Below, in pieces: positions 50,426 through 62,352 of a stretch of DNA of 64,000 nt (positions are counted from its first letter, which is position 1; every line of letters starts with the position of its first letter). Below the pieces are notes generated by a model. It saw only the letters and a program-made list of their open reading frames with translations. It did not search any database and was not told the origin of the DNA. Source of the DNA: Mobula hypostoma (taxonomy: Eukaryota); the NCBI RefSeq assembly GCF_963921235.1, contig NC_086115.1, positions 24,676,001-24,740,000 on the forward strand, given 5' to 3'. The position numbers and the translations under genes are program-made.

Positions 50426-51591
50426 GTGTGTACGTTTTTATCCTCCTTTCTGCTCCTTGCTTTTTTACCCTTTTTTGCTCCATTTACACCCGTCTGATTC
50501 CTCATGTAGATTTTCATCACTCACTTTTAATACGCAGAAGCGTTTTATAGGGAAACACGATTTATCTCCTAATCAACACAATGGAGCAGATAGAAGCAAC
50601 TCTTTCACATTTAAAGTGAGAGGTCAGATGTAGGCAGCTCCTTCCTGCAGGAAACAGGAGGTTAGAAATTTTATCACATGGTACATTTTCTGTGCTATGA
50701 TATATATTTACAATGGAATGTCAGTTGGTGAGCGCAGTGTACTTTGAGCAAATCATGGAACAAGAACGCAAGAAGTGGGGAGGGGTGAGGATCAATTATT
50801 TTTCCTTACCTTATTCCATCATGGATGGATGATGCTATATCACCTATCAGACATACTTGCAAGGGTGCACCTTCTCTTCCCCAATCCACCACTCAAAACT
50901 AGAGTTTCTCCCTAATGAACTTAATGACTTGCATGATTGTTTTCAATTGGGAATTGCTTCTTTAAAGCCTCCTCATTTGGCAGAGGATAATGAGGATTCT
51001 TGTATGTCATTAGAAATGATATGCATTTACCTGAAGCTGCTGAAAACTGCAAGCATTGCACATAATGAATGTAAGGAAATCACCCTTGCACAGCCTGTCA
51101 CCAATCTGCCATAGTCTAGCCTGTTTTCAATTGCACAATAATTTATAATCCAGGGCATTTTTTTTTTGTTGTTAGACTAAATACTGGAAGAGTTTAAAAT
51201 AAAAAATAAACATCAAGAAAATAATATCCCAAAATGAACAAATGCAATGAATATCAAACACAAATCCCATAAACTCTGGGATTTTATGGGCGATTCAGAA
51301 TTTTAAGTCATCTGCTGTTCAATCTTTATCTGGTGCTCTGATCGATGGCTCTTGGGCAAGAAGGGCGGTGTACAGTGCAGAGACGCAGCGTCTTCCCACA
51401 ACATAAAATCACACACACGCGTCCCGCCAACCCTGCTTCTGCCCCACCTCTTCAGAAGACCAGAAGACTCGGAACGAGAGGAATGCTGTCAATTTGTGGT
51501 TATCACTTAGCTGTGATGGAGATAGGCTCTCATTTCAACACAGCTCCCAGGCAGAGGAGAAAATGCTTTTGAAGGGTGTGCTATTGACTCA

Positions 51592-51595
<4 letters not shown>

Positions 51596-51628
<33 letters not shown>

Positions 51629-51650
51629 TCTCTCTCTCCCTCTCTCTCTC
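51596..51650. repeat. (CT)n microsatellite
   Basis: Seen directly. Confidence 0.95.
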
Positions 51651-52197
51651 CTCAATGCCACATAAGTCTGAAGCAATTTTTTCCTGAATCGTATGGCTCA
51701 ATATCAAGTGGAAATCAATGTGAAAAGAAACAGATTGTCATTCAATTACCTGACTCCAGAGTCTGCTTCATGAGGAACTACCAATTTAATTTTGCAATAT
51801 ATTTGCAAAAGGTGAAAATAAGAAACAGAACTAGTTGCGATTTGGAATTTCTGATGCCTTTCATTGGTCAGGTGCTGCAGTTCTGCTTCTCTGTTGATTT
51901 GTGGTTTTCACAGTCTGTTAGAAATGTAATCTTCGGGTACCAGTTTGTCAAACCTTCTTTGGGACAATTTCTCTGCATGTTTCTAACACATTGGCAATTC
52001 TGGGTAGGGTAGTGGTACCTGGTCTCTCGTCGGGATTCACTGTAGCTGCTACCCAACTTGACGTTTGACAAAAAAAGTTGTTAATTAGGAAATCGGATGG
52101 CACCATTCCACCAAACTATTGAGCAACTGGACAGGGGATACCATTCCACTGGGTGGTGTGAGCGATCTTCAAAAAATAGATAGGCATGTCACTGGAG

Positions 52198-53590
52198 TGT
52201 TATAGGGTGGTGGCTGGGAACGGACCCAAGTGCAAGACACAGACACTGTAGTACTAGGGACAGGACAAGGATACAGGGTGAGGGCAAGAACATGGACACG
52301 AAAACCGGGAACCTGGAACAGGACTGGACAAGACAGCTAGGAGCCCTGGCTTAGACTCTGAGCCAGAGACTGGACAAGGACCCAGTACCTGGGTCATGCC
52401 TCTGGCTCAGACCCCAGAGCTAGGCAAGGATGAGGCTTGGCTGGCAGGCAGGACGAGGGCAGGAGGCTAGAGGCTAGAGGTGAAGTTTGGCAGGAGGCAG
52501 GAGGCTAGAGGCGAGGCTTGGCAGGAGGCAGGAGGCTAGAGGCGAGGCTTAGCAGGAGGCAGGAGGCTAGAGGCTAGGGTCTTCAGGCTTGAGGCTAGGC
52601 AGGAGGCTGGAATCTTCAGGCTTGAGGCTGGGCAGGAGGCTGGAGTCTTCAGGCTTGAGGCTAGGCAGGAGGCTGGAGTCTTCAGGCTTGAGGCTAGGCA
52701 GGAGGCTGGAGTCTTCAGGCTTGAGGCTAGAGGCTAGAGACGAGGTGAGGCTTGGCAGGAGGCTGGAGACTTTGAGACGAGGTGAGGCGAGGCTGGAGGC
52801 AGGAGACTTGAGGCTAGGCAAGGCTGGAGGCTGGAGGCAGGAGACTTGAGGCTAGGCAAGGCTGGAGGCTGGAGGCAGGAGATTTGAGGCTAGGCAAGGC
52901 TGGAGGCTGGAGGCAGGAGACTTGAGGCTAGGCAAGGCTGGAGGCTGGAGGCAGGAGACTTGAGGCTAGGCAAGGCTGGAGGCTGGATGCAGGAGACTTG
53001 AGGCTAGGCGAGGCTGGAGGCTGGAGGCAGGAGACTGGAAGCTCCTCCTGGGCAGGGCATGGTACTCCTGGGCAGGCTGCGGATCTCCACCCGATGGAGA
53101 CAAGGGACAGGAAGGGACAGGACCAACTTCAGGTAACGGCAAGACGGCCTGGCTTACCCAACGGAGGCAAGGGACAGGAAGGGAGCTAGGTATGGGGTGG
53201 CTCCAGGACCAGACAGCAAGACAAGGCAAGGCTTCAGGCAATGCAAGGCAAAACAGAACTTCAGGCGAGGCGAGAGTTACCGGCAAGACAAGGCAGGGCT
53301 TCAGGCATTGCAAGGCGAAACGAGAACTTCAGGCGAGGCGAGAGTTATCAGTAAGGCTTCAGGCAAGAAAACAGAAGGCAGAGGAAGGGATACAAGGAGT
53401 AAGGACAAGAACAATCCAACAGCCATGCCCTGGTCTCTGAAGGTATTTATGCAGCCAGCCCCAACGAGCATCAGCTGCCTCAATTAGAGCTCAACAAGAA
53501 CAGAAACAGGGTAGACAGGAAAACCTGGAGCAAGGGTTGATGGACTGGACCGTAAACTGGAATACGGACTTCATGGATTGGACCGTGATA
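52198..53590. mobile_element. Solo LTR containing G-rich minisatellites
   Basis: Perfect 5-bp TSD tggag (52193-52197 and 53591-53595); termini tgttatagg / ccgtgata, consistent with decayed tgtcacgg/ccgtgaca. Confidence 0.8.
52489..53037. repeat. Compound minisatellite (31-, 33- and 38-bp units)
   Basis: ggcaggaggctggagtcttcaggcttgaggcta x~4; gaggctaggcaaggctggaggctggaggcaggagactt x6. Confidence 0.92.
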
Positions 53591-53626
53591 TGGAGAGAGA
53601 AGTCAAAGTCAAAGTAAAGCTACATA

Positions 53627-55300
53627 CACTCAGTGACCACTTCATTAGGTACAGGAGTGGAACCCGGTGTGGTCTTCCACTGCTGTAGCACATGAACTTT
53701 ACGGTTCGACGTGTTTGTGAGTTCAGAGATGCCCTTCTGCGCGCCACTATTGTAATGCGTGGTTATTTGAGTCACTGTCACTTTCCTGGCCTTTCTCCTC
53801 TGACCTCTCTCATTCTTCTTCTTCATGTGCCTTGCACGTTACATGCTTGGGCGATCATGGCTTTCCACATCGAACGATCCCATGCAGCGTCAATGATATC
53901 TCGCACACTTAGATCTGTTAGTTCTTTCACAGTGTCCATATATTTTCTTCTTTGTCTTCCTCTTCCGCGTTTCCCAGGTATACGGTCTTGTGATGTAAGG
54001 CATTCTATTTCTCCCTTTCTGATGACATGGCCCAGGAATTTAAGTTTCCTCTCATTTAATGTTCTCATTAAAGAGCTTTTTGTGTGGGCACGTTGGAGTA
54101 CTGTGTCATTAGTTACCCTATCTCTATATGATATTTTCAGCATTCTGCTAAGAAACCACATTTCTGTTGCTGCTAATCTTCTTTGGAGTTCTGGTGTTAT
54201 AGTCCATGTTTCGGAAGCATACAGCAAGATTGACCAGATGTAACATTTCAGTAGCCTAAGCCTTGTTGTCATAGAAATGTGTCTGTTGGTAAAAATAGGT
54301 TTCATTTTTTGGAAGTTGGTGTTGGCAATGGCAATTCTTCTTTTTATTTCTACTTCTAGCATCTTGTGATATAAAGCTACCAAGGTAATTAAAGCTGGTC
54401 TTTTGTTCAATCTCTTGGTTACCTATGTACAATTGTCAGTTGGGAGTATCTTGCTGTTTTGATATTACCATACATTTGGTTTTTTTACAGTTGGCGGTTC
54501 AACCAAAATCTGCACTTGTTTGTACTACTTTGTCCAGGAGGATTTGTAGGTCGTCTGCAGCACTTGTTATTAGGGTGGTATCATCTGCATATCTTATATT
54601 GTTGATGTTAACACCTCCAATTTTTATCCCATCTCGGTCTGCTATTTCTCTGAGAATCATTTCACTATAGATATTAGATTATTTCCAGTGAGGCAATGCA
54701 TCCCTGTCTAACTCCTCTTTGAATTTTAGTCCAACTGCTTATATTACATCAATTTTTACTGCCGCCGTTTGGTTCCAATATAAATTTTGAAGCAGTTGTT
54801 TGTCCCTTCCGTCAATGTTTAGTTTAGCGAGAATTTGAAATAGTTTTTCATGTTGCACTTTGTTGAATACTTTAGTGAAATCAATAAAACATAAAAAGAC
54901 ATCATTTTGATATTCAATTGCCCTTTCTGAAAGCATTCATAGTATGAAAATTGTGTTCCTGGTTCCTCTATCCTCAATAAACCCATATTGTAGTTTAGAA
55001 GTTTTTGGTCTTAACTTGTTTTTAATTCAACTCAAAACAATTCTCAACAAAATCTTTATTATGTGACTCATGAGAGTGATTGTTCTGTAATTTTCACAGT
55101 CACTAGTTCCAGGAATTCTTGGCAGAGTTATAAATACTGATTTCAAGAGAACGTCGGGCAACACACCAGACTTATATATGCCATTACATATGCCTCTCTC
55201 ATTAACAAGGGTTTTTTGCCCAGAGAACTACTGTTCACTGGATGTTTTTTTTTCCGTTTTTCACACCATTCTCTGTAACTGCTTTGGTGACATTAGTACA
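53627..55300 (-). mobile_element. Tc1-derived MITE split by an RTE insertion
   Basis: ta|cactcagtgaccacttcattaggtac terminus; the body resumes at 55193. Confidence 0.7.
53815..55192 (-). mobile_element. RTE-clade LINE, 5'-truncated
   Basis: FLCFIDFTKVFNKVQH, IRYADDT, CYIWSILLYASETWT, GKRGRGRQR; (gaa)n tail; 11-bp TSD cctctctcatt (53804-53814 and 55193-55203). Confidence 0.92.
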
Positions 55301-55399
55301 GAAATATATTGACACTGGGGAGGACTCCCTTGCTAATCTTTGTCATCTGTTTTATTTACAAATGAGAAGGCAAATAAAGGAACTAGGCTTGTTTTATAG

Positions 55400-55882
55400 A
55401 CTAGACAACACCCTATATTTTGTCTGGGCAACTCCAACCTGATGGCATGAACATTGACTTCTTGAACTTCTGGTAATTGTCCCCCCTTCACCATTCCCCA
55501 TTCCCATTTCCCCCTCTCGCCTTCTTACCTGCTCACCACCTCCCTCTAGTGCGCCTCCTCCTTCCCTTTCTTCCATGGCCTTCTGTCCTCTCCCATCAGA
55601 TTTTCCCTTCATCTCTTTCACTATTCGACTTCCCAGCTCTTTATTTCATCCCTCCTCCTCTCCCAGCTTCACCTATCACCTGCCACCTTGTACTTCTTCC
55701 TCCCTTCCCGCCACCCTTCTTACTTTGACTCTTCATGCTTGTTTCTCCAGTTCTGATGAAGGGTCTTGGCCTGAAACATCGACTGTACTCTTTTCCATAG
55801 ATGTTGCCTGGCCTGCTGAGTTCCTCCAGCATTTTCTGTGTGTTGCTTGGGTTTCCAGCATCTGCAGATTTTCCCTTGCTTG
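55400..55882 (+). mobile_element. Penelope family B 3' end: ORF terminus, pyrimidine-rich UTR and hammerhead-like motif (55749-55784)
   Basis: LQPDGMNIDFLNFW* ORF end; agtt-ctgatga-a-gggtcttggcct-gaaa-catc-gact. Confidence 0.8.
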
Positions 55883-55947
55883 GTTTGATATCTCACGTCT
55901 CAGCACAATCCAGGACTATTGTCAAGACAACCCAACATTATTAATCA

Positions 55948-56860
55948 AAGTTCTAAGATTAAAGTAAATGCATTATCAAAGTACATATTGAGGCATACTC
56001 AATCTACACCAACTTGGGCATTCAACCAGTGTGCAAAAGACAACAAACTGTGCTAAGGAAGAAAGAAAGAAACAAACGTGTGATGAAGAGTCATTGAAAG
56101 TGAGTCCATAGGTTATGGGGGCATTTCAGTGATGGGGCAAGTGAATTGAGTGAGCCCCTTTGGTTCAGGAGCCTGATGGCTAAGGGGGAATAACTATTCC
56201 TGAATGTGGTTGTGTGAGTCCTGAGGCTCCTGAATCATCTTCTTGGTGGCAGCAAGAAGAGAGCATGGCCTGGGTGATAGGGGTCCCCGATGATGGATGC
56301 CACTTTCCTGGAATAATGTTCCATGTAGATGTGCTCAATGGTTGGGTGAGCTTTACCCTTGATGGTCGGGGCTGCATCCACTTCTTTTTGTGAGATTTTC
56401 CATTCAAGGGCATTGGTGTTTCCATACCAGGCTGTGATGCAGCCAATCAATACACTCTCCACCACACATGAATGGAAGTTTGTCCAAGTTTTAGATGTCA
56501 TGCTGGATCTTTGAAAATTCCCAAGGAAGTAGAGGTGCTGCTTTATAATTGCACTGTGCTGGGCCCAGGTCAGGTCCTCCGAAATGTTAACAACAAGGAA
56601 TTTAAAGTTGCTGGCCCTCTCCACCTCTGATCCTCTGAAGAGGACTGCTTCATGAACCTCTGGTTTCCTCCTCCTAAAGTCAATAATCAGCTCCTTGGTC
56701 TTGCTGACATCGAGTAAGAGGTTGTTGTTGTAGCACCACACAGCCAGATTTCCGATCTCCCTCCCATATGCTGATTCGTCACCACCTTTGATTCAGGCAA
56801 TGACAGTGGTGCCATCAGCAAACTTGAATATGGCATTGGAACTGTGATTATCCACACAGA
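55948..56860 (-). mobile_element. Rex1/Babar 3' portion
   Basis: ORF 56235..56741(-) SKTKELIIDFR..VESVLIGCITAWYG. Confidence 0.9.
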
Positions 56861-58174
56861 TAAATGATGAAATTCTCAAGGACCGTCAGTGTTGGTTGAG
56901 TAGCTTCCTTTAATCCACCTTATGTTTCCTTATTGCAAGCAGTTTATGTACACTGAGCTACAATTCTGCAAGTATAAAATATTTCTAGAATGAAACAAGA
57001 ATGGACCTCTTATACAATAAGGAGGGCTGCTCACCTCACAGTAACAATCTACTTTGTTAAAATTTTGTATTTCATTGTTAATCTGCACTACACTTTTTCA
57101 GTAGATTTTACACCTAATTGATATCATTTTACCTGATTCTAGCCCAATGCACCGGGTAATGGTTTTATCTGTATAACAAGAAGGCAGACAGGCTGTATCA
57201 AGGTACATGTGATAATAATAAACCAGAATCAGCTGTGGTTTTTATTTTTATAGGCTTGCTGGGATGGTTTTGGGGACAGAGGGAGGACGTAGGGGTCAGG
57301 TTAGGGTGTAGGGACAGGAATGCAGGGATTTGGAGGACAGGCCAGAGTCTGAGTTAAGCCTCCGCTCTGCATTTAAAGGCCAGTAGTGAGGGCTGAATGG
57401 AGTTTGAGGTCTAGTTTTCGGTGTCCCGTTATTCGTGACTCTGGTGTCCAACACCTGGGGTTCTAGCCCTCATCCAGGGTCCTTATTCGACATCATATGT
57501 GAGCTCTGGGTCAATACCAAAGACCGAAGCCTGAAGGTCTGGATTGAAGCCCAAAGATCGATTCAAGTCCGGTCAAATGCAGAAAACAAATAATTTGATT
57601 ACACCGACAGTGACAATAAACATGATTCTAGTTCTGATTCTGACACCTAGGTCAGAGCTTGGGGCTCTGAATAAATTAATTATGACTCTCTTGTCGAATT
57701 GGTCTACTACTTTGGCCAAAAGGCCATAAGACATGGGAGCAGAATTGGGCAGTTTGGCCTATTGAGGCCGTTCCACCATTTTATCATAGCTGATTTATTA
57801 CCCCTCTCAACGTCATTCTCCTGTCTTTCCCCCATAACCTTCGACATCGTTACTAATCAAGAAACTTAAACCTGTATCCCAAACTTCAGCCTGCAAATGT
57901 TTTACTTGTTGTCTTGTTTTGCAGGTTGACTCATTTGAAGATCTAAGTGCTGTCAGACACTTGCGTAGTTTGGTCTCCTTTGTTTGATATCAAAGCCACT
58001 GACAGACAGTCTGACCTAGTGACAAGAAATCAGAGATCAGATTATACACCGTGACAAAACCTACATGGTAGAAAGTGATCCACCAGTCACCCAAACAACA
58101 TTTAATTTTACTGCCTGATTTAAAACGTGCTTTTTGTTCACACTTACTCGTAAAGTAAACCCAGGTCCACTCAC

Positions 58175-58374
58175 TTAGAACAGGAATATATTTTCTCCTC
58201 TGCCTTGGGAGGCAGAGAATAGTAACAAAATACCAAGTCATCACAGCTATTTTCCCTGTATTGCGTGAATTAATCTGGAAAGAACCACAAAGTAACTTTG
58301 TGTAATTAGTATGACTAATGCTTGTGTAATAAAAAGGAAGCATTCTGTGTCTCCACCTGCATATGCTGAGACAA
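58175..58374 (-). pseudogene. Candidate exon with hydrophobic coding potential
   Basis: Strong acceptor gtttgtgtttttccctgccag| and donor ctaa|gtgagt (alternative cga|gtaagt at 58147); lies within ORF 57990..58478. Confidence 0.4.
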
Positions 58375-58842
58375 CTGGCAGGGAAAAACACAAACATACA
58401 CAGGGAAGGACTGTCAGGAAGTGCAGTGTCAACTTTAAATGGAGATTTAGGAAAACTTTCTATTCTAAACAGATACATTTATCTTTATCCATCTGTCCGA
58501 TTAGCCAGCATGCCATGGTATCCTTCAATCCCTTGAAACTATTTAGATTTTGTCTGTCTATTTTCTCAGAGGGGTAGCAGTCCAAAATGGAGTGAGGTAT
58601 CCAGTAACTGAAAAGGGGATTTCACTCTATTGGGTGGCATGAGTGAACTTTAAAATTACATTGGTCTGCCACCGGAGAGGGAAGGGGTAGATTTGTTTTC
58701 CTGCTGCTGTAGAGGACATGATAGTAATTGAACATTTGTATTTTATGGCCTCTTTTGGATTGTCACCTTTGAAACTAGATGGGCTGAGTATTTAATAGTC
58801 TGTTAACACTGCTAAAATAGGACCACCATCACTTAGAAAGTA

Positions 58843-59375
58843 CGCTTCGCTGCCACTGCTACTGTGTGGTAACCAGAATCTCTGGAGCTGAAGGCCCCGA
58901 AATCCTCGGCTTTGCGTGTTTCAGCAGCCGGGGAGAGGTCGAAGGCGCTCCGCAGAGGATGGCGCTCGGGAGGCTGTATCAGAGAGGCTGGTCAGAAGCT
59001 TGAAGTTTTTGGATGGATGGACTCAGTGTCAGCTGTGGTCGGCTGCTTCCAAGGTATCGGCAAGTTGACGGTGCCTGGAGGGTTATGGCAGGGAGTTTCT
59101 CCCTTTTGCCGCCTGCTATTGGGGACTCGGGAGTCAATCGACTCGGGACTTTGAGACTTTTTTTTACTGTGCCCATGGTCTGTGCTTCATCAAATTATGG
59201 TATTGCTTTGCACTGCTGTTACTATATGTTATAATTATGTGGTTCTGTCAGTGTTAGTCTTTGGTTTGTCCTGTTTTCTGTGATATCACTCCAGAGAAAC
59301 ATTGTATCATTTCTTAATGCATGTATGCATTTCTAAATGACAATAAAAGAGGACTGAGTGTTCTCATAATCTAAT
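58843..59375 (+). mobile_element. Interspersed repeat with (tctaa)n tail
   Basis: Inverted homologue of 16432-16930. Confidence 0.75.
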
Positions 59376-59953
59376 ATCGATGTCTCCCCACCCACTGACT
59401 CTGTTTAAAATAGAGGCGCTCAATTGCTATTTTGGTTCAGAATTAGCTGGAGGGAGTAGAATACACACCTCATTTCGTTTCAAAGGTGGCAGACAAGAAA
59501 AGGCCAGAAAATGCAAATGTCTAGTTATTACTGTGATCTCTGCAGAGACAGGAAGACAAATCTGCCCCTTCTCTTAGGAAGGTTGCATCACAGCCTGGTA
59601 TTGAAACACCAACGCCCAGGAACAGAAAGAATTGTACAGAAGGTGGTGGATACAGCCCATTCCATCACAGGAAAGGCTTTCTCCACAATTGAGAATGCTT
59701 ACCAAGTAAGCAACATCTATCATCAAGAACTCCCACCATCCAGGCAATGCTGTCTTCTTGCTGCTACCCTCAGACAGCAGGTGCAGGAGCTTTAGGTCAC
59801 ACATCACCAGCTTCAGGACCAGTTAATACAGCTAATATCCTTCAGCCATCAGGCTCCTGAACCAGCGTGGATAACTTCACTCACCTCAACACTGAACTGA
59901 TTCCACAAACTGATTCACTTCCAGGATACTTTACAACTCATGCTTTAAATATT

Positions 59954-60544
59954 TAAAACACCCTGGTTTCTTCGGCTGCATATGTCCAGGGAAGGCAATC
60001 TCTGGCCCCGCCAAACACGTGAGATTGAGGTGCGAGCCTGGTTTGTGTGGATGCTGTGCAATTTTCTACCCTGTTACAAATGAGTGCCATGAAATAACAG
60101 ACAGAACACCCGCATATGATTAAAAGATTTATCTTAATTTGACTAAAGAGTTAGTAAAGAAAAGAACAAAAAAAGAAAAGGGCCCATTTTAATGAAACAA
60201 TCTAACATGCACAAGTTGGAGCTCACAGTTTCCCCAAGTCACCGATCCTCAAGCCATCTCACCTTGGGCTTCGTCGAATCACGGTCGCGCTCTGGATCGA
60301 ATCCTACAACCCCTTCTCTCCGGGTCCTCCCTCTTCACCTCCTCTCCAACAAAAAAACCCCAAGCCCAACGTTGGCGTCCCTCACCAGAGAAACCTCCCC
60401 TTCAATTTGACCATCCCAATTAGATGGCAGACATGTCTTATCTTCAGTAATAACCCAAACAAGCTGAAAACAAGCAGCTCTCACAGAGCTGCCAAAATGA
60501 AATACATACAGAATAACAGTAAAAATATGAACCAGGGCATTACG
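59954..60544. mobile_element. Probable solo LTR
   Basis: Inverted termini taaaacaccctggtt / aaccagggcattacg; 4-bp TSD tatt. Confidence 0.65.
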
Positions 60545-60702
60545 TATTATTAATTTTATTGACACAATTTATCTTCTTTTGCACATTGATTGTTTATTAG
60601 TCTTTAATTATGTATACTTTTTCATAAATTCTACTGTATTTCCTTTTTTTCCCTGCAACCACCTGCAAGAAAATGAATCTCAAATTAGGATATGGTAACA
60701 TA

Positions 60703-61242
60703 CACTCAGTGACCACTTTATTCAGTACATCTGTATCACTGCTCTTTAATGGAAATATCTAACCAGCCAATCATGTGGCAGAAACTCAGCACGTAAAAGC
60801 ATGCTGACATGGTCAAGAGGTTCAGTGGTTGTTCAGACCAAACATCAGAATGGGGAACAGATATGATCTAAATGACTTTGACTGTGGACTGATTGCTGAT
60901 GCCAGTTTAATATCTCAGAAACTGCTGACCTCCTAGGATTTTCACTCACAACAGTCTCTATTGTGTACAGAGAATGGTGTGGCAAACAGAAATCACACAG
61001 TGAGCAGCAATTCACTGAATGAAAATACCGTGTTAATGAGAAAGGTCAGAGGGGAATGGCCAGATTGGTTCAAATCGACAGGAGCTCAAATAACCATGCA
61101 TTACAGTAGTGGTGTGCAGAAGAGTTTCTCTGAAAGCTTAACCCTTGAAGTGGATGGGCTACAGCAGCAGTAGGCCGCAACCATACACTCAATGGCCACT
61201 TTATTAAGTGCAGGAGATACCTAGTAAAGTAGACGCTGAGTA
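60703..61242 (+). mobile_element. Tc1-derived MITE
   Basis: Terminal inverted repeats cactcagtgaccactttatt / agtaaagtagacgctgagta flanked by TA. Confidence 0.75.
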
Positions 61243-61889
61243 TATCTGGTAACGTATACTGTACATACTTGGTTATTAAATTTGCTTTGAACTTTGAACT
61301 TTGATCTTTCCAAGGAGAAAATAAAGAACTGGAACTTAATTAGACTTGCATATGTGTACAATCAAGTATTGCCACTGTCAGCCCCATTCTCATCCAGTAT
61401 CTTGGCTGTGGAGTCCTCAGGTATGGGTGGGGCTAACCAGAATGGTTGATCAGACTAACTGCTTGGGGAAAGTAACTTTTAAGATGGCGTTAAGTTCTTG
61501 TTTTAATAGAAAATTAAATTGCAAGCCTCTTTTTCCAGTTGCTGGAATACAAATATCCTCCTGTTGTAGGAGGCCCACTTGGAGGATAGTTTGGAGTGAG
61601 TGCAGTGCAGAATTACCAGGTCCCTACCTGGGCAAGGTCTTCAGAACATGTTGAGGAAAGCTGTGATATACTTCCCTGAGTTTTGAAGTTTGTGGGGGTC
61701 ACTTTTAATTAAAGTTTTTGAATTATGGAAGCCTTGTCTGTGGTTGAAAAAGCAGACCCTATCTTCAAATTAGAATTAAGGTCTTCAAATGAGAAATCAG
61801 GAAGCATTTATTTCAGACAATAGATAAGGAATGCTTGGAACTTCTCATGGAAGTCCTTTAATACAGTGGTAAATTAAATTAAACGGCAA

Positions 61890-62352
61890 TGAAAGGGTTA
61901 ACGTACGAGGAGTGTTTGATGGCGCTGGCCCTGTACTCATTGGAGTTTGGAAGAATGAAGAGGGATCTTATTGAAACCTATCAAATATTGAAAGGCTTAT
62001 AAAGAGTGGACGTGGAGAGAATGTTTCCAGTGGGTGTAGAATCTAGGACTCGAGGGCACAGCTTTGAATGGGAGGACGTCCCTTAGAACAGAGATGAGGA
62101 GGAAATTATTTTAGCCAGAGAATGATGAATCTGTGGAATTCATTGTCATAGATGGCATGGGAGGTGAAGTGAGTGGGTATTTTTAAAGCAGAGGTTGATA
62201 GGTTCTTGACTAGTAATGGTGTCAAAGTTTAGAGGGAGAAGGCAGGAGAACAGTGTTGAAAAAGATAATAAATCAATTATAATGGAATGGTGGAGCAAAC
62301 TCGATGAGGTGAATGGTCTAATTTTGCTCCCATATCTTATGGTCTTATGGTC
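61890..62352 (+). mobile_element. CR1 3' end
   Basis: MKGLTYEECL..LYSLEF.RMKGDLIETYQILKG; (tcttatgg) tail. Confidence 0.85.

Larger units (their letters stand above)
59580..61305 (+). mobile_element. Rex1/Babar 3' end hosting a solo LTR and a Tc1 MITE
   Basis: CITAWY..QKVVDTAHSITG; (tttgaac)n tail at ~61285-61303. Confidence 0.75.

Noticed and set aside
51494-52012. 172-aa + strand ORF
   Set aside because: It runs through a (CT)n microsatellite and has no recognisable domain; the better splice signals are on the minus strand.
52489-53037. Immunoglobulin switch-like region, or coding ORFs (SSLLPSLKPED repeats)
   Set aside because: It lies inside a TSD-bounded LTR with no Ig exons nearby; the ORFs are by-products of a 33-bp unit.
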